NCBI GenBank assembly: GCA_903824935.1
Contig: CAIJYT010000078.1
Location: 1-64,000, forward strand
Source: an uncultured Bacteroidales bacterium
GTDB lineage: Bacteria; Bacteroidota; Bacteroidia; Bacteroidales; FEN-979
Direction: 5' to 3'
Length of the DNA stretch: 64,000 bases
In this document: piece by piece, positions 50,320-59,926 of the stretch
How positions within the stretch are numbered: position 1 is the stretch's first letter
Layout: each line of letters opens with the position of its first letter
Translations under genes and position numbers: made by a program
The notes under the pieces: generated by a model
The model's input: the letters and a program-made list of their open reading frames with translations, nothing else
What the model was told of the DNA's origin: nothing
The model's database searches: none

Positions 50320-53300
50320 TCAAGGTTGATTGTTATCTGGAGTAATTCGTTTTCTGTTCTGTTGTTTGATGTTCCTGTTACGCATCGCAACACGTTTTTC
50401 GACATCGATGTATGGATGAACCGGTTTGTCCTTGCGTAGAAATGCTGCCAGGCTTCGGATCGTGGGATAATGAAACAAGTCGACAATACTGACTTCTTCT
50501 TTTAACTTTTCAGCGATCAGCTCTTTAAGTCTGACAAGCAGCAATGAATGCCCTCCTACTTCAAAGAAATTATCATGTGGAGTGAATGCCCCATGATCGA
50601 GTATCTCTTTCCAGAGCTCGATAAGTGAGGCCTCTGTTTCATTTATATGCCGGTGAATGAATTCCGGGACATCAGGCACCGAGGGTCTTAGATTTATCAG
50701 TGCTTTAAAATCGGTCTTACCGTTCGGCAGCGTTGGAATAGCAGGGGCTATAATGAAATGGCCAGGGATCATATAGGCAGGAAGATGAAGACGCAGAAAT
50801 TCTCTCAAATCCTTTTCATTTAATGATGCTGAAGGTTCCTGAACTATATACGCTGTAAGGCGGATGTCTTCTTCCCCATGCTCCCGCGCATAAACCACAA
50901 CCCCTCTTACTGCCGGGAAACGGAGAATGTTCGATTCGACCTCTCCCAGCTCGATCCGGAAGCCCCTCACTTTTACCTGATGGTCAGTCCTGCCCAGGAA
51001 TTCTACCGAGCCGTCATACATATACCTCCCCAGATCTCCGGTTTTATAGATCCTGCTTCCCTTGCCTTGTAAAAAGGGATCCTGAAGAAACCTGGAATCC
51101 GTTTGAGCCTTATCTTCGAAATATCCATCGGCAAGTACTTTCCCCCCCAGATATATCTCCCCGGTCACTCCAACCGGAACAGGTTCCAGCTTTTCATCCA
51201 GGATATAAAAAGCTGCATTGTAAATGGGAAACCCGATAGGAACCATTCTGAGAGGACTGTTACGCCGGCAATGCCAGCAAGCCATGTAAACCGTTGCTTC
51301 TGTCGGGCCATAGAGGTTGATCAATACACCTTCCGATTCACTGAATATCTGCTCCTGCAGTGATCGTGAAAGCTTCTCTCCCCCCGAAATAATGTTTTTC
51401 AGAAATCTGGCTCGCCTTAGGACCCCGGCATCACACAAGGCTTTCAGGCCCGAAGGGACAAACTGTACCGTGTTCACCTTCATCTCGTTTAAGAGGGCCT
51501 CGATTTTTTCAGGAGCCTGAAGCTCGCTTCGTTTCTCAAGCACCAGGCTGGCTCCGCTGATCAGGGGAGTGAAAAGCTCGAGAAAAGAAATGTCAAAATT
51601 GATGGATGTTGTTGAAAGGAAGGTATCAGAGGAGGAGATCTTCAGCTCCGTCTTCATCCACACCATGAAATTAAGAAGACTGTCGTGGCGTATCATCACG
51701 CCTTTTGGATTTCCTGTTGAACCGGAAGTGAACATGATATATGCAAGATTCCCGGGAATATCCGGTTCAACGCCTGCGAGCGGTTTCAGCTGGAAAGATT
51801 CATTAAGCAGTTCGCTCACAGGAATATTTTGTTCCGACAATTCCCGCTTCCAGCTCATATGCTCTTCATCAACAATAAGGAAGCGTACTCTGGTCTTTTC
51901 AATAACATATCGCAACCTTTCGTCGGGATAATACGGATCAAGGGGGATATATATGCCTCCGGCTCTAAATACGGCCATGATGCACATTACCATGTTCGGG
52001 GAGTTTTCAAGATGAATCCCGACCGGCACCCCGTTTCTCACACCCAAACGCCGCAGATTTCCGGTAATGACTTCGGTGCGCCTGGCCATTTCCCTGTAGG
52101 TGATCACTTCCTGCCTTGATACCAGTGCAGGCACACCAGGAGTGATCTCTGCCTGCCGGCAAACCATGTCAGCCACGTTTCCATTGAACTGATTTTCATA
52201 AGTAGTCTCATTCCATTTATAAACGAGCAGGTTACGTTCTTCCTGGGAAATAAGGTTTATTGCATGTATCCTGGTTGCAGGGGAAACACTGATTTCTTCC
52301 AGAATCTGAATGAAATGATCAAGGAGTATCTCAATGGTTCCGGGGTGATACAACCGGGATGAAAATGTTAGGACTATTTCGGCTGTGTCTCCGATATCGA
52401 AGATCTCGGAAAAAATATCGAATTTGGACCGGCCAAAGAATTCTTCCCTGGCAAAGCCGCTGAGGCCCGTATGGGTTGAAAACTTCCAGTCTGTTTCGTG
52501 GTAGGCGAACATGATCTGAAAAAACGGATTGATTCCCGGGATCCTATCAGTTTTCAGCACTTCTCCCGCACGGGTAAATGGAAACCTGGAATGCTCAAGT
52601 CCTTCAAGAATCTGATTCCTTAATAATCCCATCCAATCTCTGAAAGCCATGCCGGGATCGATGTTTGTCCTCACCAGCATGGTATTTACGAAATAACCAA
52701 TCAACGATAAATATGATTTATTAAGCCGGTTTGAAACAGGAGTCCCGATAAGGATATCCTTGCGCCCGGTATGACGGAAAAGGAGAATCGAGAAAGCGCC
52801 CAAACAGGTCATAAACATGCTGGCTCCCATATCATCGCTAAGGCTCTTCAATCTGGATTTAAGCAAAGGATGGATCGTTCTCCGGGCCTGGCCTCCTTCA
52901 TGTGTGGGGAGCTCCGGACGTGTATAATCAGTCGGGAGCTCGAAAAAAGTAGGGGCATTCGCAAGCTGTTTTTGCCAGTACGATCTGTCGGTTTCATATT
53001 GCAGGCTACTCATGTATATTTTCTCTTCACTGCAAAACTGAGAATAGGATGCTAACGGGACCTGGAGAAAGGAATCATTACCCTTATGCGCCTGATCATA
53101 GAACTTCGAAAGCTGATTTAAAAAGATCCTGAATGAGAACCCGTCGAAAACACTATGATGAACAATAAAAGCGAGCAGATGCCGGTCGTCATCAAGTCGG
53201 TACAGAATAAACCGGAAGGGTTTTCCCTGCTCTAAAGTGAAAGGACGGTCGGCCATACCACGGGCATGATCAAGGGCCGTGTTCAGGGAAACAGCCTGAG

Positions 53301-55410
53301 CTCCGGTTTGTGATCTGAATACCTCCAGGACATTTTTCTCCGAACCCGGATTCACTTCAACGCACTGATTGCCATTTCCCGGCATTATTTTGCGCAGCGC
53401 TTGTTCCAGGCTTACAATGTCGGGCGAACCTGTAAGCAGGATACTGTAAAAAATATTATAGGCCGAAAGGCCAGGTTCAATTTGCTGGAGAAACCAGAGG
53501 GCTTTCTGGTTTTCCGATAAACCTGTTTGAAAGATGTCGTTTGACAAAGCTTCACGGGACTGATTTTGCTGTGACGCCATTTTGACCGTTGCCTGTTCGT
53601 TATCTGTGGCCCATTCTTTGTTTCGGTCCGATTCATCAAATATCTGAAGCCTTGCCAGTGCGCCGGGAGCAGGGTAGTCGAAAATGTGTCTGATTTGCAG
53701 ATCAATGCCTGTTTTCGCCCTGACATCCAAAACAATAGCGCCAGCTTTCAATGAATTACCGCCCAGGTCAAAGAAGTTATCATCCAAACCGATACCTTCG
53801 AGCCCAAGCACTTCTTCCCAGGTCCGGACTATCATTTTTTCGTTGGTAGTCGTGGGCGGCACTGCAGGATAACCTAAATCGGGCCGCTGAATTCCGGGAA
53901 GTGGAAGTGATTTGCGGTCAATCTTTCCATTTGGGAGTTGCGGAAGATGATCGAGTGTGATAAAAACCTCAGGTATCATATAATCAGGCAGGACGTGTAA
54001 CAGGATTTTACGCAGCTGGTCTACCGGCACTGAGTTGCCGGTTTTGAAAACCAGGTAGGCAACCAGTCGTTTCCCGTTTTGCTTCTCATCCACAACTTTT
54101 ACAATTGCCTGTTTCACCTCCGGGATGACAATAAGGGCAAGTTCGATTTCAGAAAGTTCGATACGAAACCCGCGTATTTTAACCTGTTGGTCTTTACGTC
54201 CGATAAAAATCAGTCTGCCCGATTGATCCTGCTTCACCAGATCGCCGGAGCGATAAACATTGATTGCCTCCTCTCCATTGAGTTTGAACGAAAAAAAAGT
54301 GGTCCCTGTGATTTCGGGCAGGTTCAGATAGCCCCTTGCAATGCCATCTCCGCTGGCAAGAAGTTCACCGGCAACGCCCTGGTCAACAGGATTCATGTCA
54401 TCGCCGACAATAAAAATAGTCGTTCCGTGAAGCGGTTTGCCGATATGGGCCGGTTCGCCGGGATATAACCTTGCTGCAGTAAGGTTTGCGGTTGCTTCTG
54501 TTGGGCCGTAAAGATTCCAAAGCTGAAGAGAAGGTAAAGTGCTGAAGCTTCTTTTCAGAAGATCATCTGTAACAGCTTCTCCCGAAAGATAAACACATGA
54601 GGGCGCCGACGATCTGATGTTTATACCCTCTGGGGTGTCTAAATAGTTTAAGATTTCAGACCAAAGCGTCGGTACACAGTATAAACCCATTCCCGGATGT
54701 GCTGAATACCATTGAAGCAGTTTTTCGGGTTGCCTTATTACCAAAGGATCAAGGATATGAAGGGTTTTTCCTGCCAGTAAGGTTGAAAAAAACTGCGTTA
54801 CAGCTGCCGCGAAAATAAAAGAGGATGTCAAGGGTAATGCGACCTGGCTTTCAGGCATTACCCATTGGCAAAACCAGTGGACATAATAATTCAGGTTTCG
54901 CTGTTCAATCATGACCCCTTTTGGATTGCCGGTGGAACCGGATGTGTACAGTATATAGGCAAGATCAGAAGCCTGAACCGGCTTAGCTTTTGGAATTCTT
55001 GTATTGGTAAGATTCTTCACTTCAGGCCAATCAGGAATGAATATTGGAGTTTGCCCGAAAGCCGGTATGTGCGATAATGAATTGTCGGTGATAACAAGCC
55101 TGGCGTCTGCATCCTTAAGAATATACCTGATCCGTTCTTCAGGAAAATTCGAAGAAAGAGGGATATAGGCAGCTCCGGATTTGAGCAAAGCAATAATCGA
55201 AATGGCAAGGTTAACTGAGGGGTATAAATTAATCCCGACCACACAGCCTGGGCCTATTCCCCATTCCTGTAACTGCCATGCCAGATTGGAGGAGAACTGA
55301 TCAAGCCTGCTGAAACTAATGCATTCATCCCGACAGATAATGGCTTCTGCATCAGGAAAAGCTTCCGATCTGAGAAAGATCTCCTCATGTATTGGAATAA
55401 ATCTGCTCAT
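50320..55410 (-). CDS. NRPS initiation + elongation module: A-T-C-A-T.
   Basis: A1 has YTSGSTGNPKGVMIEQ. T1 has FFDLGGNSLKAG. C has NQKALWFLQQ and IVHHSVFDGFS (HHxxxDG). A2 has FTSGSTGNPKGVMIRH and SINFDISFLE. T2 has FFEVGGHSLLLVRL. Confidence 0.9.
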   Translation of the reverse strand: MSRFIPIHEEIFLRSEAFPDAEAIICRDECISFSRLDQFSSNLAWQLQEWGIGPGCVVGINLYPSVNLAISIIALLKSGAAYIPLSSNFPEERIRYILKDADARLVITDNSLSHIPAFGQTPIFIPDWPEVKNLTNTRIPKAKPVQASDLAYILYTSGSTGNPKGVMIEQRNLNYYVHWFCQWVMPESQVALPLTSSFIFAAAVTQFFSTLLAGKTLHILDPLVIRQPEKLLQWYSAHPGMGLYCVPTLWSEILNYLDTPEGINIRSSAPSCVYLSGEAVTDDLLKRSFSTLPSLQLWNLYGPTEATANLTAARLYPGEPAHIGKPLHGTTIFIVGDDMNPVDQGVAGELLASGDGIARGYLNLPEITGTTFFSFKLNGEEAINVYRSGDLVKQDQSGRLIFIGRKDQQVKIRGFRIELSEIELALIVIPEVKQAIVKVVDEKQNGKRLVAYLVFKTGNSVPVDQLRKILLHVLPDYMIPEVFITLDHLPQLPNGKIDRKSLPLPGIQRPDLGYPAVPPTTTNEKMIVRTWEEVLGLEGIGLDDNFFDLGGNSLKAGAIVLDVRAKTGIDLQIRHIFDYPAPGALARLQIFDESDRNKEWATDNEQATVKMASQQNQSREALSNDIFQTGLSENQKALWFLQQIEPGLSAYNIFYSILLTGSPDIVSLEQALRKIMPGNGNQCVEVNPGSEKNVLEVFRSQTGAQAVSLNTALDHARGMADRPFTLEQGKPFRFILYRLDDDRHLLAFIVHHSVFDGFSFRIFLNQLSKFYDQAHKGNDSFLQVPLASYSQFCSEEKIYMSSLQYETDRSYWQKQLANAPTFFELPTDYTRPELPTHEGGQARRTIHPLLKSRLKSLSDDMGASMFMTCLGAFSILLFRHTGRKDILIGTPVSNRLNKSYLSLIGYFVNTMLVRTNIDPGMAFRDWMGLLRNQILEGLEHSRFPFTRAGEVLKTDRIPGINPFFQIMFAYHETDWKFSTHTGLSGFAREEFFGRSKFDIFSEIFDIGDTAEIVLTFSSRLYHPGTIEILLDHFIQILEEISVSPATRIHAINLISQEERNLLVYKWNETTYENQFNGNVADMVCRQAEITPGVPALVSRQEVITYREMARRTEVITGNLRRLGVRNGVPVGIHLENSPNMVMCIMAVFRAGGIYIPLDPYYPDERLRYVIEKTRVRFLIVDEEHMSWKRELSEQNIPVSELLNESFQLKPLAGVEPDIPGNLAYIMFTSGSTGNPKGVMIRHDSLLNFMVWMKTELKISSSDTFLSTTSINFDISFLELFTPLISGASLVLEKRSELQAPEKIEALLNEMKVNTVQFVPSGLKALCDAGVLRRARFLKNIISGGEKLSRSLQEQIFSESEGVLINLYGPTEATVYMACWHCRRNSPLRMVPIGFPIYNAAFYILDEKLEPVPVGVTGEIYLGGKVLADGYFEDKAQTDSRFLQDPFLQGKGSRIYKTGDLGRYMYDGSVEFLGRTDHQVKVRGFRIELGEVESNILRFPAVRGVVVYAREHGEEDIRLTAYIVQEPSASLNEKDLREFLRLHLPAYMIPGHFIIAPAIPTLPNGKTDFKALINLRPSVPDVPEFIHRHINETEASLIELWKEILDHGAFTPHDNFFEVGGHSLLLVRLKELIAEKLKEEVSIVDLFHYPTIRSLAAFLRKDKPVHPYIDVEKRVAMRNRNIKQQNRKRITPDNNQP

Positions 55411-55448
55411 GGATGATTACCTCAATAGGGTAAAGTAAAAGTCCTGTC

Positions 55449-56978
55449 TTATTTAATATTAAATACCCAGGGATTGTAGTTTACGAGCTGATCGGACGAT
55501 GTCGGGAAGTCGCCAATAAGGTATTTCAGGGTGATTATCCTGGTCATGATGCCCAGGCGGCCTGCTTCCACATTCTTAAGAGCTGTATTATAGTCCATAT
55601 ACGTATTAATCATGTTGATCTGTGTGGAAGCTCCCATTTTAAATTTTCGAACTTCACTCTGGAATGTTTTTTTCTCAATTTCAGCAAGCCTGATCTGATT
55701 TTTAAATAAGGGTAAGAGATTACCAAGATCGCTCAAGAGTTTAGTTACTTGCATTTTGGAATCAAATCTCACTTGTTCAAGCTGGGTTTTATTAAATTCG
55801 TAAGATGACAGTTTTGAAAGGTAGTCTCCTTTCCGCTCTTCATTTTTAAAAGGTAAATTATATAACAAGGTAAGATTCACGGAAGAGCCCGGTGATCCGC
55901 TTTTTATGGTTTGGGTAAATTCAGAAACAGGCAGGCCATTGGTCATACCAAAATACATATAGTTAAGATTAAGATTAAATTCATTTAGCTTGTTGTGCTT
56001 GGCCCCGTTCATTGCAATCTGTGAGGAGGAAGTAAGCAATTCCTGGCTTTTGTAATAAGGCGTGTTTACAATCATTGAATCAAGGTTCCTGGAAACATAG
56101 GCTGAATATTTTTCCCAGGGAAAGGATAAAGGATTGGGAAGTGAATCAAGAAAAACCGGGAGGGCGTTTGCCTTGAATGTTCCTTTGGCGCCAATTGAAG
56201 TGACCAGGTCATATAATGAATTGACGATATCATTGCGCGCCAATGAAAATTGCTGGGCAATGCTTAGTTGGTAGGCCTCGGCACGAAAGGTTTCCACTTT
56301 CGCCAATTGTTCATCCAATATCATCGTTTTAATATCGTTAAGGTACTGGCGTGCATCGTTATCAGCATCTTTCAGTATCCTGAAGACCGCAACGGAAGAG
56401 TATGAACTATAGTAGGATGATAATGTGTTTTTAATAAACTGGCAGATCTCATCGGTAAACGAAACATTCTGTGCTTTGTTCATCAGCAGCGTTGAAAGGT
56501 ATGTAACATTCTCGGAGTTATACCGGCCAAGATCGCGTAAAAGCGGAATTGAAATTCCTGCCCATATCCCCGATTCATTTACTGCCAAAAATTGAGTCTC
56601 AAAAACTCCCGGAACTCCCATCTGAATCTGCTGTTCCGTGAAAAGCCTCACTCCCGAATAAAACTTTATCCCCAAACGGGTTGGAATTGAGACTTGTCCG
56701 GTAAAAGTATATGAATCAATGAAGGACCAGGTTGGATCAGTACCATATAACCCGTTAAAGTTGAATGAGAGAACCGGATTAAAAAAGCCTTTGGTGCTGA
56801 TTAACTGACCGAAGCTTTCACCCACAACATGTCTTTTTAATTTGATGTTGAAATTTGCGTCAAGGCCGATTTGTAATACTTTAAAGGTTGACAGTGAATC
56901 ATAATTAATTATCGGCTGGCTTTTTACAACAAGTGTTCCTGCTGCAAGAAGGATGATGATCAGAATTTTCTTTTTCAT
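55449..56978 (-). CDS. TolC-family outer-membrane efflux channel.
   Basis: 509 aa with a signal peptide MKKKILIIILLAAGTLVVKS and a two-repeat OEP-like organisation. The stop is only 38 nt upstream of the NRPS start. Confidence 0.65.
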   Translation of the reverse strand: MKKKILIIILLAAGTLVVKSQPIINYDSLSTFKVLQIGLDANFNIKLKRHVVGESFGQLISTKGFFNPVLSFNFNGLYGTDPTWSFIDSYTFTGQVSIPTRLGIKFYSGVRLFTEQQIQMGVPGVFETQFLAVNESGIWAGISIPLLRDLGRYNSENVTYLSTLLMNKAQNVSFTDEICQFIKNTLSSYYSSYSSVAVFRILKDADNDARQYLNDIKTMILDEQLAKVETFRAEAYQLSIAQQFSLARNDIVNSLYDLVTSIGAKGTFKANALPVFLDSLPNPLSFPWEKYSAYVSRNLDSMIVNTPYYKSQELLTSSSQIAMNGAKHNKLNEFNLNLNYMYFGMTNGLPVSEFTQTIKSGSPGSSVNLTLLYNLPFKNEERKGDYLSKLSSYEFNKTQLEQVRFDSKMQVTKLLSDLGNLLPLFKNQIRLAEIEKKTFQSEVRKFKMGASTQINMINTYMDYNTALKNVEAGRLGIMTRIITLKYLIGDFPTSSDQLVNYNPWVFNIK

Positions 56979-57000
56979 TTATTAATCCTGTTAAACGATT

Positions 57001-59925
57001 TCATGCCAGCTGACGTTTTGTGAGTTCAGCAAAAAAACCATTTTTTTCAACAAGTTCTTTATAGCTTCCCTCTTCGATAAGCTGACCCTTGTCAAGAACA
57101 AAGATACGGTCGGCATTCATGATGGTACTAAGGCGGTGTGCTATAACAATGCGTGTCGCATTCAGCTTTTCGATACTTGCGCTTACGATCCCCTGGGTTT
57201 CATTGTCAAGAGCGCTGGTAGCCTCGTCGAATATGAAAATCCTGGGGTTGCGGATCAATGCCCTGGCAATGACGATTCGCTGTTGCTGGCCCCCCGATAA
57301 AGTATCGCCGCCCGGTGGCAGGATAGTATACATTTTGTTGGGGAGATTCATGATTTCATCAGCGCATCCAGCCATCCTGGCAGCTTTCCAGGCATCCTCT
57401 TCAGTGTACAACGATGAACCGGTGATATTGTAAAGTACGGTTCCCTGCATGATCCTGGAGTTTTGTAAAACTACCCCCAGCTGATCTCTGATCCCACGGA
57501 CATCGAGGTCTTTAAGTTCTTTATTATCGAAAAGAATGCTTCCAACGTTATATTTTTCAAATCCCAGCAACAATCTTACCAGTGTTGATTTTCCCGAACC
57601 TGAGCTGCCGGTGATTGCTACAAACTGTCCCGGACGAATAGACATGTTAAGTTCTTTCAGGCTCCAGTCAGGAGTGTCGGGGTATTTAAAACTCAGCTGG
57701 GTGATTTCGATACCGCCGCTAAGTTCACCAGGATCGGGTTTCTCGAGAAGGTCTTCCGTATCGGCCTCCAATATTGGTTGAAACAGCTGATAGGTGGGCT
57801 TGATATTAAGTAAGGGGACTGTTACCATGAAGGTTTGAATCATTGCACCCTGAAAGCTGAGATAAGCGCTGTTGAATGCTACAAAATCACCGATACCGAA
57901 CCCGGGCAATCCCGATTTAAAAATTGAATACACCCTGATAAAGATCAGCATGGAAGCGAGAACCGGAAAAGTAGCAGAAAAGATACTTGCAATCATAAGA
58001 AGAGTACGTTTCTGCCGGTAATGGTCCTTTTGCTGCGCATATCGGTCGGCCCATAGTGAAAAGACCTTTTCTTTACTCCCGGTAACCCTGATTTTGTTAA
58101 TTCCACGGATAGCCATCAGCAGGAAGCCCGAGATCATGGCATCCATGCGGCGCATGAATACCACATGTTTATATGCAAGAAGGCTTATAGTGAGTGTAAA
58201 TGCGGCGACAACGAGGCCCAGAAAAAGCGCAAGCAGGGCAAGTTTCAGGTCGTAATAGAAAAGCAGGGCAAGATAAAAGACAGAGAAGATTCCTGAAATC
58301 ATGGCGCCCAGGACCGTGGTGGACAGGGTGTCACGAATCCGTTCAATCCCCATACTTCGTTCAGCAAGGTTCCCAGGTGTGTAATTTCTGAAGAAATCGA
58401 CCTGAAGGGAGAGTATCCTGTCCCATAATGCTGATTGGAGTTTGAACCCTGCTTTCCCGGCCATACGGAGAACGGCGATGGATTTGGCAAAGTTCAGCAG
58501 CCCGATGGTTATCACGCAAATAACCATAATAGCTCCAATCTGCCAGAGTTCTTTAGTATCTCCGCCAGGGATGACAGTATTGAACACATAGCCGCCAACA
58601 ACCGGTATTACCAAAGCAAGTAAAGCGCCGATCACGCCGATCACTAAAAAACTCAGGATATCACGGTAGGTGAACTGAAGAGCAAAACTGATGAGATCCT
58701 TGCCCTGAAGTTTGCCTTTTGGGAAAGGAGTGAAGAAACTATACGCCCTGGGTTCGAGGAGTTGTTGGACAGATTCGTCAACCAATTCTTTTTTACGATT
58801 TTTCAGATCAATCATCCAGTACTGAGTGCTGCCTTTGGCAATGAGGCCTACAGGGGTATTGCCGGCTTTTAGAAAACCAAGCATGGAGCCGGCATTATTG
58901 GTCCACCAGTGCGGTTCAAGCATTACACTCCTTGATCGGATGTTTGAAGCTCTGAGGATGTTCCAGAGGGAATCATGTTTACCGCTGATTCGGTTCCCGG
59001 GGTTAATGAATTCGATTTTCTCTCCCTTCCCGATCAGCTGACAGGTTTGGAGTAAAAGCATATTAGGAGTCGCCGGAATTGTTGGAATTCCTCCCTGGTT
59101 TTTATCATCAAAGAGATCATCAGTTACCTTGCCGGAAATGATAGACTTAAAGCGGTTCAATGCGCTTATCACTGCATTGGCTCTAAAGGCATATGAATCA
59201 TCCACATGAGTAAGTGACACTTTCTGCTCATCAGAATACAGATTCTGAAGAACGGTTATGATCAGTTCAGTAAACCCGAAAAACTGAGACAGGTAGAGAT
59301 CATTGGTAACGACCTGCTTTGTAGTATAAATGGTTTTTTGAACAGTAGCCCCAAAAGACATCCATAGATTTGAAGTAAGGGGAAGAAGTGTCAGTCCATT
59401 GGCAAGGGGATCGGCAAAGTTGTAATACATTGGCTTCAGTCCTGCCGATTCAACCCATAAAACTTCCTCCGGACCTGATGCACCGTAGCTTTTCACTGGA
59501 TCTGCTGAAAAAACAGGTGCTGCTTTGATCCCGTTTAAAAGGGGCATGGTCCCAAAGTGGTTCATTCCGTCAGAAACTCTGAGTAACCATTTATCAAAAA
59601 GAAAGGTGGCATAATCAGGATTTGCCGACACCAATCTGTTCAATGAACCTGAATCGAGAACTCCGATTGTACAATTTGTCAAGGCACAAATTATAATAGA
59701 CAGGGCGTCGCTTTCTTTGAAGCCGGGAATCAGAAACGGTGCGTTGATGCGGAAAAGGAACAATCGCCGGCCAGGTCCCGTGGGCAGTTTTTCAACATAA
59801 AAAATGTCAGCATCGCCAGCTTCAAGGTAAAAAGCTGCAGGAGAGGCACTATTCAGAGTAAGCACTTTATTGCTGGGCAACTGCTCGGTACGAGTATAAA
59901 AAGAAGAAATCACCTGCTGCTCCAT
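57001..59925 (-). CDS. ABC exporter (TMD + NBD) with a ~410-aa N-terminal cytoplasmic extension.
   Basis: Walker A GSSGSGKST, signature LSGGQQQRIVIARAL, Walker B IFIFDEATSALD. Six predicted TM helices begin around aa 420. The long N-terminal domain resembles the regulatory extensions of peptide-exporter ABC partners. Confidence 0.75.
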   Translation of the reverse strand: MEQQVISSFYTRTEQLPSNKVLTLNSASPAAFYLEAGDADIFYVEKLPTGPGRRLFLFRINAPFLIPGFKESDALSIIICALTNCTIGVLDSGSLNRLVSANPDYATFLFDKWLLRVSDGMNHFGTMPLLNGIKAAPVFSADPVKSYGASGPEEVLWVESAGLKPMYYNFADPLANGLTLLPLTSNLWMSFGATVQKTIYTTKQVVTNDLYLSQFFGFTELIITVLQNLYSDEQKVSLTHVDDSYAFRANAVISALNRFKSIISGKVTDDLFDDKNQGGIPTIPATPNMLLLQTCQLIGKGEKIEFINPGNRISGKHDSLWNILRASNIRSRSVMLEPHWWTNNAGSMLGFLKAGNTPVGLIAKGSTQYWMIDLKNRKKELVDESVQQLLEPRAYSFFTPFPKGKLQGKDLISFALQFTYRDILSFLVIGVIGALLALVIPVVGGYVFNTVIPGGDTKELWQIGAIMVICVITIGLLNFAKSIAVLRMAGKAGFKLQSALWDRILSLQVDFFRNYTPGNLAERSMGIERIRDTLSTTVLGAMISGIFSVFYLALLFYYDLKLALLALFLGLVVAAFTLTISLLAYKHVVFMRRMDAMISGFLLMAIRGINKIRVTGSKEKVFSLWADRYAQQKDHYRQKRTLLMIASIFSATFPVLASMLIFIRVYSIFKSGLPGFGIGDFVAFNSAYLSFQGAMIQTFMVTVPLLNIKPTYQLFQPILEADTEDLLEKPDPGELSGGIEITQLSFKYPDTPDWSLKELNMSIRPGQFVAITGSSGSGKSTLVRLLLGFEKYNVGSILFDNKELKDLDVRGIRDQLGVVLQNSRIMQGTVLYNITGSSLYTEEDAWKAARMAGCADEIMNLPNKMYTILPPGGDTLSGGQQQRIVIARALIRNPRIFIFDEATSALDNETQGIVSASIEKLNATRIVIAHRLSTIMNADRIFVLDKGQLIEEGSYKELVEKNGFFAELTKRQLA

Positions 59926-59926
59926 A

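Noticed and set aside
50306-50486. Long N-terminal extension of the PKS ORF (MSTCFIIPRSEAW...) overlapping the upstream NRPS by 166 nt
   Set aside because: The extension is out-of-frame overlap with the NRPS C-terminus and has no domain content. ATG 50306 lies just before the KS motif VAIIGMAC and 13 nt after the NRPS stop, which is more plausible. Similar trimming was applied to the NRPS at 43577, the PPTase at 39441 and the OCD gene at 28940.
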